From Octopus sinensis (lineage: Eukaryota), in NCBI RefSeq assembly GCF_006345805.1, contig NW_021835712.1, positions 1-38,647 on the forward strand: a DNA stretch of 38,647 nt, written 5' to 3'. The position numbers and the translations under genes were made by a program. Below the pieces are notes generated by a model. It was not told the DNA's origin. It was given only the letters and a program-made list of their open reading frames with translations, and ran no database searches. This document shows positions 1 through 10,536 of the stretch, one piece after another (the stretch's first letter is position 1; each line of letters opens with the position of its first letter).

Positions 1-286
1 AGGTCGACCTCAGCGGAATTTGAACTCAGAACGTAGCGGCAGACGAAATACCTATTTCTTTATTGCCCCCACGGGGCTAAACATAGAGGCGATATAAACA
101 AGGACAGACAGATGGATTAAGTCGATTATATCGACTTCAGTGCGTAACTGGTACTTAATTTATCGGACCCGAAAGGAATGAAAGGCAAGGTCGACCTCGG
201 CGGAATTTGAACTCAGAACATAGCGGCAGACGAAATACAGCCACGCATTTCGCCCGGCGTGCTAACGATTCTGCCAGCTCGCCGTC
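1..286 (-). mobile_element. tRNA-derived SINE family B: full copy (53-286) joined in tandem to a partial copy (1-52)
   Basis: Reverse complement has the same head (GGCGAGCTGGCAGAA, B-box-like GAGTTCAAATTCC) and AATAAAGAAATA tail as the + strand copies at 23168-23397 and 33921-34153. Confidence 0.85.
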
Positions 287-299
287 TTAGGTTAATTAA

Positions 300-404
300 T
301 ATTCTTTTCTACTCTAGACACAAGGGTTGAAATACTGGGGTAGGTGGCCAGTCGAATAGATCGATCCCAGTACGCAACTGGTACCTAATTTATCGACCCC
401 GAAA
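300..404 (-). mobile_element. SINE B 3' fragment with the alternative tail (type 2)
   Basis: Body CGATCCCAGTACGCAACTGGTACCTAATTTATCGACCCCGAAA plus a tail matching 2790-2834 (CTTGTGCCTATAGTAGAAAGGATT). Confidence 0.7.
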
Positions 405-1036
405 CCGTTCTGAGCGAACGGTTTCTTATACGGCTGTGATTTACAACCCTGTAAATAATAATAATAGTAGTTTTATATAAGCTTAAAGCTTATGGCGATC
501 GCCGTACAATGACTAAAAAAAATGTCTAAATAAAGGGTTATATAAACCCTCGACAGAAAAAAGATGGCTTATATGCTCCTTTATTAGACTATTTTCTTGA
601 GTCATTGCACTCCAGCATGGCCGCAGCATGGCCGCAGCATGGCTGAAACATTTTTAAGGATTTAAGGATTTTATATATATATATATATATATTTATATTT
701 GTATATATATGTATATAATATAGGAGCCGTAAAATTTCTGACCGGAACAAGAGCCGTCCCATAATTCTTGAGTTAGCCAGCTGAAATGGTGGAATAGCCT
801 GAAGGTAAGCTTGAATATTTTTTATCCAAAACATCTGTTTGCACTGTTATATTTTTGGAGTGTTCTGAAAACAAAAATATTATCTATGTTCTATTTCTTA
901 TTTCGGAAGTAGCTAATTAATCTTAAATTAATTTAACTAAGGGTATTCTTCCATTTTGTTGAAATTCACTTACAATTTACGCAGACGCTTCCACGTATGT
1001 TCTTATGTAAGAGCAGCCTTTTTCGAAATTAGTGAA

Positions 1037-1583
1037 ATGTATGTTGTAAACGATATTTTGAGACTTCGATGGAGACCAACACCGAATTTACCTAATTTGC
1101 GAAACTACAACAAGAAACTCACGAGACAATTTCAGGTTAATTTGTATGAAAAGAAAAAATTGTTAACATAGAAGTGCTACCCTTAAATTATTCTGTTGGC
1201 CTTGTTTACTTTTTTGCTCAGAAAAGAATGTTTGGAATGATAAAGGCTATGATGATTTAAATGATTTACTTTTGGCTATGCTAAAGCACGAGCGTTCTCA
1301 AAGGCATAGAAAATCTTTGATAGATCTGAAAATATTCGGGAATGTTCGCATAGACTTACAATTAGATGTATGTAAAAATCAAAGCATACAACATCATAAT
1401 TAGGAAGTTAGACGAAACAGATCCCTTCTGCAACGATTGATCGATGTTGTTATTTTTTTAGGCCTCCAGGAATTGTCGTTTCGGGGTCATTTTGAGTCGG
1501 AAGGCTCTAATAATCGTGGAAATTATAAAGAACTCGTATATTTAATCAGTAAATATGACAAAAAAATGGAATGTTATTTATGA
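1037..1583 (+). pseudogene. hAT-superfamily transposase N-terminal remnant (ZMYM1-like/DUF4371 type)
   Basis: Manual translation: RPTPNLPNL, a frameshift near 1175, then LKLFCWPCLLF..W..KGYDDL...KHERSQRH (TTF-type zinc-finger pattern), in-frame TAG at 1401, then LQRLIDVVIFLGLQELSFRGHFESEGSNNRGNYKELV, which matches the LAFRGHDES-NxGNF motif of this family. A SINE A insertion follows shortly after. Confidence 0.85.
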
Positions 1584-1613
1584 CATATTTCGTTTGAGAT
1601 ACGCGTGTGTGTG

Positions 1614-2014
1614 TTTACTTTTTACTCTTTACTCTTTTACTTGTTTCAGTCATTTGACTGCGGCCATGCTGGAGCACCGCGCCTTTAATCGAGCAACTCG
1701 ACCCCGGGACTTATTCTTTTGTAAGCCCAGTACTTATTCTATCGGTCTCTTTTGACGAACCGCTAAGTAACGGGGACGTAAACACACCAGCATCGGTTGT
1801 CAAGCAATGCTAGGGGACAAACACAGACACACAAACATACCCACACACTATATATATTACATATAACGACGGGCCTCTTTCAGTTTCCGTCTACCAAATC
1901 CACTCACAAGGCATTGGTCGGCCCTGGGCTATAGCAGAAGACACTTGCCCAAGTGGGACTGAACCCGGAACCATGTGGTTGGTTAGCAAGCTACTTACCA
2001 CACAGCCACTCCTG
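1614..2014 (-). mobile_element. tRNA-derived SINE family A (3' end of head clipped)
   Basis: Matches the full + strand copy at 12443-12861: B-box GGTTCAGTCCC, internal (CA/TA) microsatellite, (GAGTAAAA)-type tail. Confidence 0.9.
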
Positions 2015-2069
2015 TTTAGCTACAAAAAATTTATTTTTTAAATCTGCCGCTCAAAGTGAAAAAATCCCA
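2014..2069. mobile_element. Orphan terminal inverted repeat of the MITE family seen intact at 2926-3259
   Basis: TTTTTAAATCTGCCGCTCAAAGTGAAAAAATCCCA matches the right TIR at 3225-3259; the rest is cut off by the SINE A copy. Confidence 0.7.
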
Positions 2070-2206
2070 AACACCAGATTATCCAAAAACGGAGCGTGGG
2101 TACTACTAGCGAACAGTGGTCCCGGTGCGCGCACACGCACAGTCGCGCATCCGCGCTAGCTAGTCGTAAGTAGTCGATCCTACAACGACTTGCGCGTATG
2201 CAAATT

Positions 2207-2516
2207 AATAGATTCGCGCATGCGCGATTAAAACGCAAATTAAATAATTTTTTAAACTAAGTAAATAAATTATTTTTTAAAACAATGTGTATAATTTTTT
2301 TACACAAATTAAATAATATTTTTCGAACAAAAATATTCAATTTTTTATTTGCTATTTGCTTTTTATTTACTTTGTTCGAAAAATATTATTTAATTTGTGT
2401 AAAAAAATTATATATATATTTAAAAAAAAAAACTTTGTTTATAAAATGTAATTTATTTACTTAGTTTTAAAAAAATGATTTACTTGGCGTTTTAATCGCG
2501 CATGCGCGAATCTATT
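2207..2516. mobile_element. Fold-back MITE-like element with ~125-bp imperfect arms
   Basis: AATAGATTCGCGCATGCGCGATTAAAACGC (2207) is the exact reverse complement of 2487-2516. Inner arms TACACAAATTAAATAATATTTTTCGAACAAA / TTTGTTCGAAAAATATTATTTAATTTGTGTA flank a ~40-nt spacer. Confidence 0.75.
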
Positions 2517-2625
2517 CATATTCGTCAGATGAGAGATGAATGTATTTGAAACCGTTGTCCCGTTTTCCCTCATGTAAATAAGACAACACGAACTGTTGAA
2601 AATACCGAAAGCGAAAGAGTTAATT

Positions 2626-2834
2626 GAGCTGGCAGAATCGTTAGCACGCTGGACGAAATGCTTAGCGATATTTCGCCCGTCGCTACGTTCTGAGTTCGAA
2701 TTCTGCTTAGGTCGACTTTGCCTTTCATCCTTTCGGGGTCGATAAATTAAGTACCAGTAACGCACTGGTGTCGATATTATCGACTAGTCCCCAGCCCCAA
2801 AATTTCAGGTCTTGTGCCTATAGTAGAAAGGATT
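2626..2834 (+). mobile_element. SINE B with tail type 2
   Basis: Head GAGCTGGCAGAATCGTTAGCACG, B-box GAGTTCGAATTC, body shared with the other B copies. Confidence 0.85.
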
Positions 2835-2925
2835 GTTAATTGTAGGTAAGCTTTGAATGAGCCAAGATCAAAAACATTCCAGAAATGACCATTCCGTCTT
2901 GTGGCGGGGGATATATATATTGGAC

Positions 2926-3259
2926 TGGGATCTTTTCACTTTGACCGGCAGATTTAAAAAATAATTTCTTTGTAACTAAACACTTTTAAACTTCGACAAA
3001 CGAAATATACACCGCCGGAAGTTCTTGTTGACAAACAACAGCAGTAATTGTATTCACCTCAATAGACGTCATTGATTGGTTGAAATTGCCGAAATACGAG
3101 AAATTTAACAACAAATAGCTTACAAACTACATAATTTTCTCAAGAACGCCAAGAGAAAAAGATGTTTTATGTGACACATTCTACCAGTATACGAAGTTTA
3201 AAAGTGTTTAGTTACAAAAAAGTATTTTTTAAACCTGCCGGTCAAAGTGAAAAGACCCA
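2926..3259. mobile_element. MITE with ~70-bp terminal inverted repeats
   Basis: Left TGGGATCTTTTCACTTTGACCGGCAGATTTAAAAAATA...AAACACTTTTAAACTTCG; right CGAAGTTTAAAAGTGTTT...AAACCTGCCGGTCAAAGTGAAAAGACCCA. Confidence 0.8.
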
Positions 3260-3349
3260 TCATTTCAAATTGATTCGGCTCAACAATTGGGTATAGGGGC
3301 TAATGCAGAATCGCACCTCTTTGAAAAACGAATTTTTGTGAAATTTTTT

Positions 3350-3628
3350 TTCGGATTCCTACCTTTAACAGAGATTCCGAATATGCAAAAATATTAACAG
3401 AACCTAATTTCATCTTTATTACATTTCACTTATGATTTTTAGACTTTTTTTAAGGGAGAGTGAGGATGGGAAAGTACCGACATTTCGAAGAGCAAAGAAT
3501 AATACAAACAATACATTTATTTCAGGCTCATCTCTACACAGCCATTTTTTATTCCCTGCTTATTCTAGGTCAAACGGGGGTGATTGCATATTCAGAATCT
3601 CCCATATGTAAATCGTAGGAATACGAAG
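3350..3628. mobile_element. Degenerate MITE-like element (imperfect ~40-bp inverted repeats)
   Basis: TTCGGATTCCTAC..GAGATTCCGAATATGCAA (3350-3388) versus TTGCATATTCAGAATCTC..GTAGGAATACGAA (3584-3627). Confidence 0.4.
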
Positions 3629-3694
3629 ATTTTTTACTGAGGATGGGGCAAAGAAATTCATTGCATGTCCAGCCCCGGAAGTCACCGCATGCCA

Positions 3695-3741
<47 letters not shown>

Positions 3742-3742
<1 letters not shown>

Positions 3743-3897
3743 ACCGGAGTAAACACATAAATGTGAAACAAGGTGGAAAAAAAGAGTACTCAAATACCAG
3801 TGGTAGAGTAATATGCTTTCTAACAAAACTGTCTGATGAACGGCAACGAGAAACTCAGGTAACGGATTTTGTTGAATTTTCTGCTGCTTTAAATAAA

Positions 3898-3898
<1 letters not shown>
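3742..3898 (+). mobile_element. Penelope-like element repeat fragment embedded in (TA)n
   Basis: Flanked on both sides by long (TA)n and contains a hammerhead fold. No ORF supports the PLE assignment; it is inferred from the hammerhead and the context. Confidence 0.55.
3822..3873 (+). ncRNA. Type I hammerhead ribozyme candidate (short stem III)
   Basis: Stem I AACAAAACUGU (3822-3832) pairs with ACGGAUUUUGUU (3862-3873). Core CUGAUGA 3833-3839; stem II CG-GCAA-CG flanked by A/A; GAAAC 3850-3854; loop UCAG; GUA 3859-3861. Confidence 0.6.
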
Positions 3899-3947
<49 letters not shown>

Positions 3948-4139
3948 AAGGAAAATGCCACTTGTATTTGAACACTATACAAATATTCTTTTAAAAAAAC
4001 TTTTCTTTTAATTTTTCTAAATTTGATTATTTAATTGTTACAGTTGAAAAAGTCTCAATGACTGAAACCGGTACTGAAATGTTTTTTTATAAAATTATTT
4101 TAGCATTTTCTACCTTGACTTTTTTTTTCCATATATATA

Positions 4140-4295
4140 CATACATGCATACATACGTTGGGTTCTTTCAATTTCCGTCTACAAAATCCACTGACAAAGC
4201 TTAGGGCGACAAGACACTTCCCCAAGGTTCCACGCAGTGTGATTGAACCCGGAGCCATGTGGGTGAGAAGCAAGTTTCTTACCACACAGCCACGC
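4140..4295 (-). mobile_element. SINE A head/body fragment
   Basis: TTCTTTCAATTTCCGTCTACAAAATCCAC...TTACCACACAGCCAC matches the family A consensus seen in this window. Confidence 0.8.
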
Positions 4296-5039
4296 TTAAG
4301 GTATCCTTATGTAATTAAAACTAATTTTGTTGAAGAAGAAAAAAAACAGTTTGGTTATTAGCATCGCCAAGTTCATTGCAAATTGGTGTAAGTTATATCT
4401 TTCGGAATGTCTACCGCTAATCCACCGCGTAAACCTATTTCTGCATTTGTTGGAATGGTTCCAGTATCAATTAGTTGTTGTAGTGATAAATAAGACTGCA
4501 GGGAAGCAAATATATCCAGCAGACATCACAGATGAATGGATCTGTTCAAATATATTTCTATATTACCGTCGTAAATTATTTGCCTGGCATTGTTCTTGCG
4601 CACTCATTCCATGCGTTGTCTTGACTGTTCTGCTGGATCATAGAATTAAGTAAACCTATAATCAGAATGGTACGTAACCTGTTTGGTTTCTGGTGGCACC
4701 AATAAACCTGTAAACAATCCTCTATGTTCTGTAATTAGCAATTTCTCTAATTATTCTTGCATTATTGTCTACATTCGTAGCCATTGCTCTGTTAAAACCT
4801 CTTGCGTTTCATTTGAAATGCTTTCCTCACAAAGTAGTACAGACATACCTCAATTTACATCGTTTTAAATTACTGTTTTTTCGACTTTACGAGTGTGTGT
4901 GTGTGTACGAGTGTGTATGTGTGTGTGTGTGTGTGTGCTAATGGTAATAATGAACCTCGACTTCAGTCGATTTATCCGACTTTACGTCGGTCTCAGCAAA
5001 CATATTTAAAAGCATAAAATGTTTTGTTTTTTTAAAGTA

Positions 5040-5205
5040 ACACGCGTGACCGTGTCTGTGGTAAGAAGTTTGCTTCGCAACCACATTGTTCCGGGTTCAG
5101 TCCCACTGTGTGGCACCTTGGACAAGTGTTTTCTACTATTTTTTGGACTGACCAAAGTCTTGTGAGTGGAACTGGTAGAAGGAAACTAAAAGAAACTTTT
5201 ATGTT
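5040..5205 (+). mobile_element. SINE A head/body fragment
   Basis: GTGTGGTAAGAAGTTTGCTT..CCGGGTTCAGTCCCACTG..GGAAACTAAAAGAA. Confidence 0.8.
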
Positions 5206-5212
5206 TGTATAT

Positions 5213-5435
5213 GTGCCACCTGCACAGGTCTGGCACCTGTGCAGGTGGCACGTAAAAAACACCCACTACACTCGCGGAGTGGTTGGCGTTAGGAAGGGCA
5301 TCCAGCTGTAGAAACACTGCCAGATCTGACTGGGCCTGACGAAGCCTTCCAGCTTCACAGACCCCAGTTGACCCGTCCAACCCATGCTAGCATGGAAAGC
5401 GGACGCTAAATGATGATGATGATGATGATGATGAT
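5213..5435 (+). mobile_element. Retroposon 3' end with (TGA)n tail (RTE-like tail) and a 5' fold-back hairpin
   Basis: GGCGTTAGGAAGGGCATCCAGCTGTAGAAAC...CATGGAAAGCGGACGCTAAA followed by (TGA)n. A 17-bp perfect stem sits at its 5' edge. Confidence 0.6.
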
Positions 5436-5440
5436 GTATG

Positions 5441-5481
<41 letters not shown>

Positions 5482-5661
5482 GCCTGGGTGTGGGGGGTGG
5501 GTGTATTAGGTATCGGAAAGGTGGGTGGGTGATATTTAAATGGAAAATAATGGGAAGAGAGATGAAGATTAGATAAAATATATCCGCATCTGTAAAGCTG
5601 CTTCGTCAATCGACGAATATCTCCGGCTGTCTGTCTGTCTCTATATTTATATATTTATATA

Positions 5662-5696
<35 letters not shown>

Positions 5697-5701
5697 ATAT
5701 C

Positions 5702-5737
<36 letters not shown>

Positions 5738-5920
5738 GACATGCATACATACATTTTGTGCATTCACATACGTGGATAGATAGTTCAATAGTTTGATAAA
5801 GTGTATGTGTGTGTGGCTGTGTGTGGTGGTGCGTGCACGCGTTTGCGTGCAAATTTAGAAATGATAGCGGAATATTTACGAAAAGGGTGACTCTAAATAG
5901 AATGAATTAACTTCATCCAC

Positions 5921-6266
<346 letters not shown>

Positions 6267-6267
<1 letters not shown>

Positions 6268-6552
6268 CACCGTGACCGACCAGACCATCAGATGTTGTTA
6301 TACATCGCTGGTCACAATGCGCTTCGCATTGTTTTAGCCTTCAAATGACGCCACCCCGCTGGCTAAGCGAGCAGGCCAACAGAAGAAAGAGTGAGAGAAA
6401 GTTGTGGCGAAAGAGTACAGCAAGGATCGCCACCAACCCCTGCCGGAGCCTCGTAGAGCTTTAGGTGTTTTCGCTCAATAAAAACTCACAACGCCCGGTC
6501 TGGGAATCGAAACCGCGATCCTACGACGGCGAGTCCGCTGCCCTAACCACTA
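6267..6552 (-). mobile_element. tRNA-derived SINE family C, tail type 1
   Basis: Reverse complement head GTGGTTAGGGCAGCGGACTCG..GGTTTCGATTCCCAGACCGGGCGTTGTGAG matches 30948-31040. Confidence 0.85.
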
Positions 6553-7050
6553 TGCAGCCGTAGACAAATCGAGAGATTGACATCCATCCATCCATCCATA
6601 CATGCATACTTGTATGTATCTATGTATGTATATATATGTATGTATGTAACAAGTGTGGGCGTGTCTAAATGAGTAGAGGAGTCACACACATACACAGAAT
6701 GAGAGATAGATAGATAGAAAGTGAGAGAGAGAGAGATAGAGAATGAGTGAGAGAGAAAGGGGCAAGTTGTTATTTATGCCTTATACAGCAAAGTCTACTC
6801 GCAAGGAATATGGAAAAAGAATGTGCGGGGGGGGGGGGCGAACTGTAGCATTAGATGAAGGGTCACCAAAACAACAGTGTAACACACCTACTGCAAGAGG
6901 CGCCCATCAATTGGAACAGCGGTAGAAAAAAGTGTGAATCCGCAGAAGGACTGAAAAGCCTCACCCATGATTCTTATGTTTAAATGAAAATTCAAGTGTG
7001 GCATTACTCGAAATTGTGTTGCAGACATCATTTATGTATTGCTTTATGTT

Positions 7051-7590
7051 TTCACTTGCTTCAATCATTCGACTGCGGCCATGCTGGAGTACAACCTTAA
7101 AGGGTTCTAGTCGAACAGATCGAGCCAAGAACTTATTTTTACAGCCTAGTATTTATTCTGTCAGACACTTTTGCCGAACTGCTAAGTTATGGGGATGTAA
7201 ACACACCAAGAAGTGGTGCTGAGGACAAACACTGACACAAAGACACACACGTATACATTTTTTGTTTGTTCCTTCTCGAGCCATGCCTGGCTCATAAGGG
7301 CCGGTTTCCCGGTTTCCATGGCGTATAGGTTCCCCACCTAGACGGGACGCTGGTCCGTCGCAGGTGAGCTGCAAGATGCAGCCTCCACATACACGCGTAT
7401 GTGCCTCCACATACACACGTACACACACACATACGACGGGCTTCTTTCAGTTTCCGTCTACCAAATCCACTCACAAGGCTTTGGTCAGCCCAAGGCTATA
7501 TAGAAGACACTTGCCCAAGGTGCCACGCAATGGGACTGAACCCAGAACTATGCGGTTGGGAAGCAAGCTTCTTACCACACACTCACGCCT
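7051..7590 (-). mobile_element. SINE A interrupted by a ~130-bp retroposon tail (7255-7385)
   Basis: Family A tail and head flank an insert whose reverse complement (GGTGGGGAACCTATACGCCATGGAAACCGGGAAAC) resembles 19775-19810 of family D. Confidence 0.8.
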
Positions 7591-7595
7591 GAGCC

Positions 7596-7706
7596 TATCT
7601 ATCTATCTATCTATCTGTCTATCTGTCTGTCTGTCTGTCTGTCTGCCTGCCTGCCTGCCTGCCTGCCTGGCTGCCTGGCTGCCTGGCTGGCTGCCTGGCT
7701 GCCTGG

Positions 7707-7741
<35 letters not shown>

Positions 7742-7750
7742 CTTGCCTGC
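7596..7750. repeat. Graded tetranucleotide microsatellite (CTAT>CTGT>CTGC>CTGG)
   Basis: Read directly from the sequence. Confidence 0.9.
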
Positions 7751-7953
7751 CTTTTCTTTGAGTTTTATTCAAGTCCTTCCTAAGAGAGTCCAAGCCGGTC
7801 GCTACCAAAGTGACAAGAGTCTTTGAATTAAGAGAATTTCCTGTGTTTGGGAATAAGCGGTGGAGCTTCTGTGCTGATGGAAATGTGTCGATGCATGCAC
7901 CCAGATGTGTGCATCTGTTCTTCCTGGGAAAAAAACCTAGTATTTTTTAGGTA

Positions 7954-8188
7954 CATAGCATTTATGATAACGGGTACAAACGAGACTTTATAGTCCGGGT
8001 ACGCCAGCTGTAAGTTCTGCATTAATTCACCATAAATGTTCTCTTTCTCCTGGGCTTATGATTGCATCATTCACATCTGTTGAGCGGCTGGTTTCCACAA
8101 CAGTGTTTCCTGTCCTACAGAACAATGGTCGGGTCTGTTATGTTTTGTACCGAATTGCTCTTTTCATTGGAGTGTTCCAGCCGTATTC
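7954..8188 (-). pseudogene. Restriction-like endonuclease (REL) remnant of an R2/R4/NeSL/Hero-type non-LTR retrotransposon
   Basis: With frameshifts it reads EYGWNTPMKRAIRY-KHNRPD-IVL*DRK-TVVETSRSTDVN..IYGELMQNLQLAYPDYKVSFVPVIINAM, matching the HNRPD..E..EK..Y..L..VPVVIGA pattern of REL domains. Confidence 0.7.
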
Positions 8189-8235
8189 CCTGTTTTTTTA
8201 AAAATGTGAATCCAGGCTTGTTCTAACTTGACTTT

Positions 8236-8335
8236 GATGTATGTATGTATGTATGTATGTATGTATGTATGTATGCATGTATGTATGTATGTGTGTATGT
8301 ATGTGTGTATGCATGTATGTATGTATGTATGTATG
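8236..8335. repeat. (TATG)n microsatellite
   Basis: Read directly; it supplies the spurious N-terminus of ORF 8245..9345. Confidence 0.95.
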
Positions 8336-9251
8336 TCATTGTTCAGTTTTATTTCAATCTGTGGCGGAACTCACTCGATGCTGGATATATACCAGAAGAC
8401 CTTCTATCCCAGTCTGTTGTCCCAGTTTTCAAAAAAGGAAACAAATCGCTTGCCGTGAATTACCGTCCAATCTCACTCACCTCTCACATCATTAAGGTAT
8501 TTGAGAGAGTGCTGAGATCGCGTATAACTCACTTCCTTGAGAGTCATAATATGCTGAATTCCAACCAGCATGGATTCCGTAATGGAAGAGATTGCCTGGC
8601 GCAGCTACTGCATCATTTTCATGACGTTTTGAGAGCCTTGGGAGAGGGTTCCAACACTGATGTCATCTACCTTGATTTCAGCAAGGCCTTTGACAGGGTT
8701 GATCATAAGATCCTTTTGAGAAAACTGTCCAATATTGGTGTCACTGGAAAGCTGCTGCAGTGGATCAAGTGCTTCCTGTCTAACAGAACCCAACATGTTG
8801 TAGTCGAAGGAGTCAAATCCAGCCCGGCCAAAGTCAGCAGTGGTGTCCCACAAGGCACTGTGTTGGGCTCACTTCTTTTCATCATCTACATAAATGATAT
8901 TACTGACACCATCAAACACAGTAACATCAGAACCTTCGCTGATGATTCCAAGCTCCAGAAGGTCATCAATGGCGTGGATGACCGAAAAAGCCTTCAGTCA
9001 GACCTACTGGCTGTTGTCCAATGGGCGGAAAGGAACAACATGTTGCTAAACGAAGACAAATTCGAACTGATCCACTTTGGAAGGGAGGACGCTCTGAAAC
9101 TCCCATACTCCCTTCCTTCTGGAGAAATTATCATGGCGTCTAACAACATCAGAGACTTGGGAGTAACAGTGGACAACAACATAAGCTGGGCTACACATAT
9201 AAGCAGCAAAGTTGACATGGCCCGCAGAATGTGTTCCTGGATTCTCAGAGT
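8335..9251 (+). mobile_element. Non-LTR retrotransposon reverse-transcriptase fragment (CR1/L2/Jockey group), truncated at both ends
   Basis: About 305 codons without a stop, carrying VPVFKKG, NYRPISLTS, QHGFR, YLDFSKAFDRVDH, GVPQGTVLGSLLF, FADD and RDLGV motifs. Confidence 0.95.
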
Positions 9252-9727
9252 TTCTTTTTCTTTTTTGTTTTTCGGACTGTTTCTGTTGGAAGTTGTGAGT
9301 TGGACAGAGCCGTGGATCAATATTGATGTAACGTCTATTATATAACTAACAAGATCATGAAACAATTGTAAACGTATGGAATATGCATCTACTCTCTCAC
9401 ATTACTTTTCTTATCCGTTCTAGATATATATGTGTTTGTGTGTGCAGGTGTATGTAAATATATATACATATATGTATGTATATTGGCGTGTTGACATATA
9501 TACCCACATATATACAAACATAAGTAAATATAAATAGACACTGACACACACACACACAGACACACACATATATATATAAACATATACAGATACACATACA
9601 CCTGTGTATATATATCTTTTACACTTAATTCAGACAGTACCGTTCATAAATTGTAGTTTTACTGCCGTTCCAGATGGGACTATTCACAAAACGCTTACAA
9701 ACACACACACACGCACGCACACACACA

Positions 9728-9797
<70 letters not shown>

Positions 9798-9859
9798 TAT
9801 TTGCGTGCAAGTGAGATTGACAGAGGAGAGAAACCTGGAAGCAATTAATTAAAACTCAT

Positions 9860-10235
9860 ATCTATTTATCATCATCATCATCACCATCACGATCATCATT
9901 ACCCTCATCATCATCATCACCATCATCATGTCGTCGTCGTCGTCGTCATCACCATGATCATCATTATTGTAATCATTAGTATCATCATCATCATCATCCT
10001 TAATATAATTCGTCTCTTTCTTCTGTTTTTTCTTCTTGCTATTATTATTTATTATTATTTATTATTGTTATTCTTATTATTATTATTGTTGTTATTATTA
10101 TTATTATCATTATTATTATTATTATTATTTTATTATTACTATTATTATTATTATTATTACTATTATTATTATTATTATTATTATTATCATTATTATTATT
10201 AATATTGTTGTTGGTATTGCGGTAACCACTACCAC
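9860..10235. repeat. (CAT)n/(CGT)n/(TAT)n trinucleotide microsatellite block
   Basis: Read directly from the sequence. Confidence 0.95.
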
Positions 10236-10536
10236 CATCACCTCCATCCCCACACCCCCACCACCTTCCTAAAAACTTTCTAAACACAAGACGAACGTAA
10301 ATATTTTGCTGTGTTGCTAAATCCTTCCTCCCCGCCACTTCCATCACTTTACCGCCCCCGCCTCCTTGATACTCCCCTCCGCACCATTCTCATATTGTTG
10401 TTGTTTGTGTTGTTGTTTGTTTACATATCTTATCGTTTCATTATGTTACCTCCTCATTCCCATCTTTCTCCTCATTTCTAATCAGGTCTGTCTGTGCGTC
10501 TCACCTATCTAGCTCAGAATTAATTAAAAATGAAGG

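Noticed and set aside
614-642. Triple CAGCATGGCCG repeat
   Set aside because: Local slippage inside a SINE A tail remnant.
8605-9365. Minus-strand ORFs overlapping the RT
   Set aside because: They are antisense shadows of the open RT frame.
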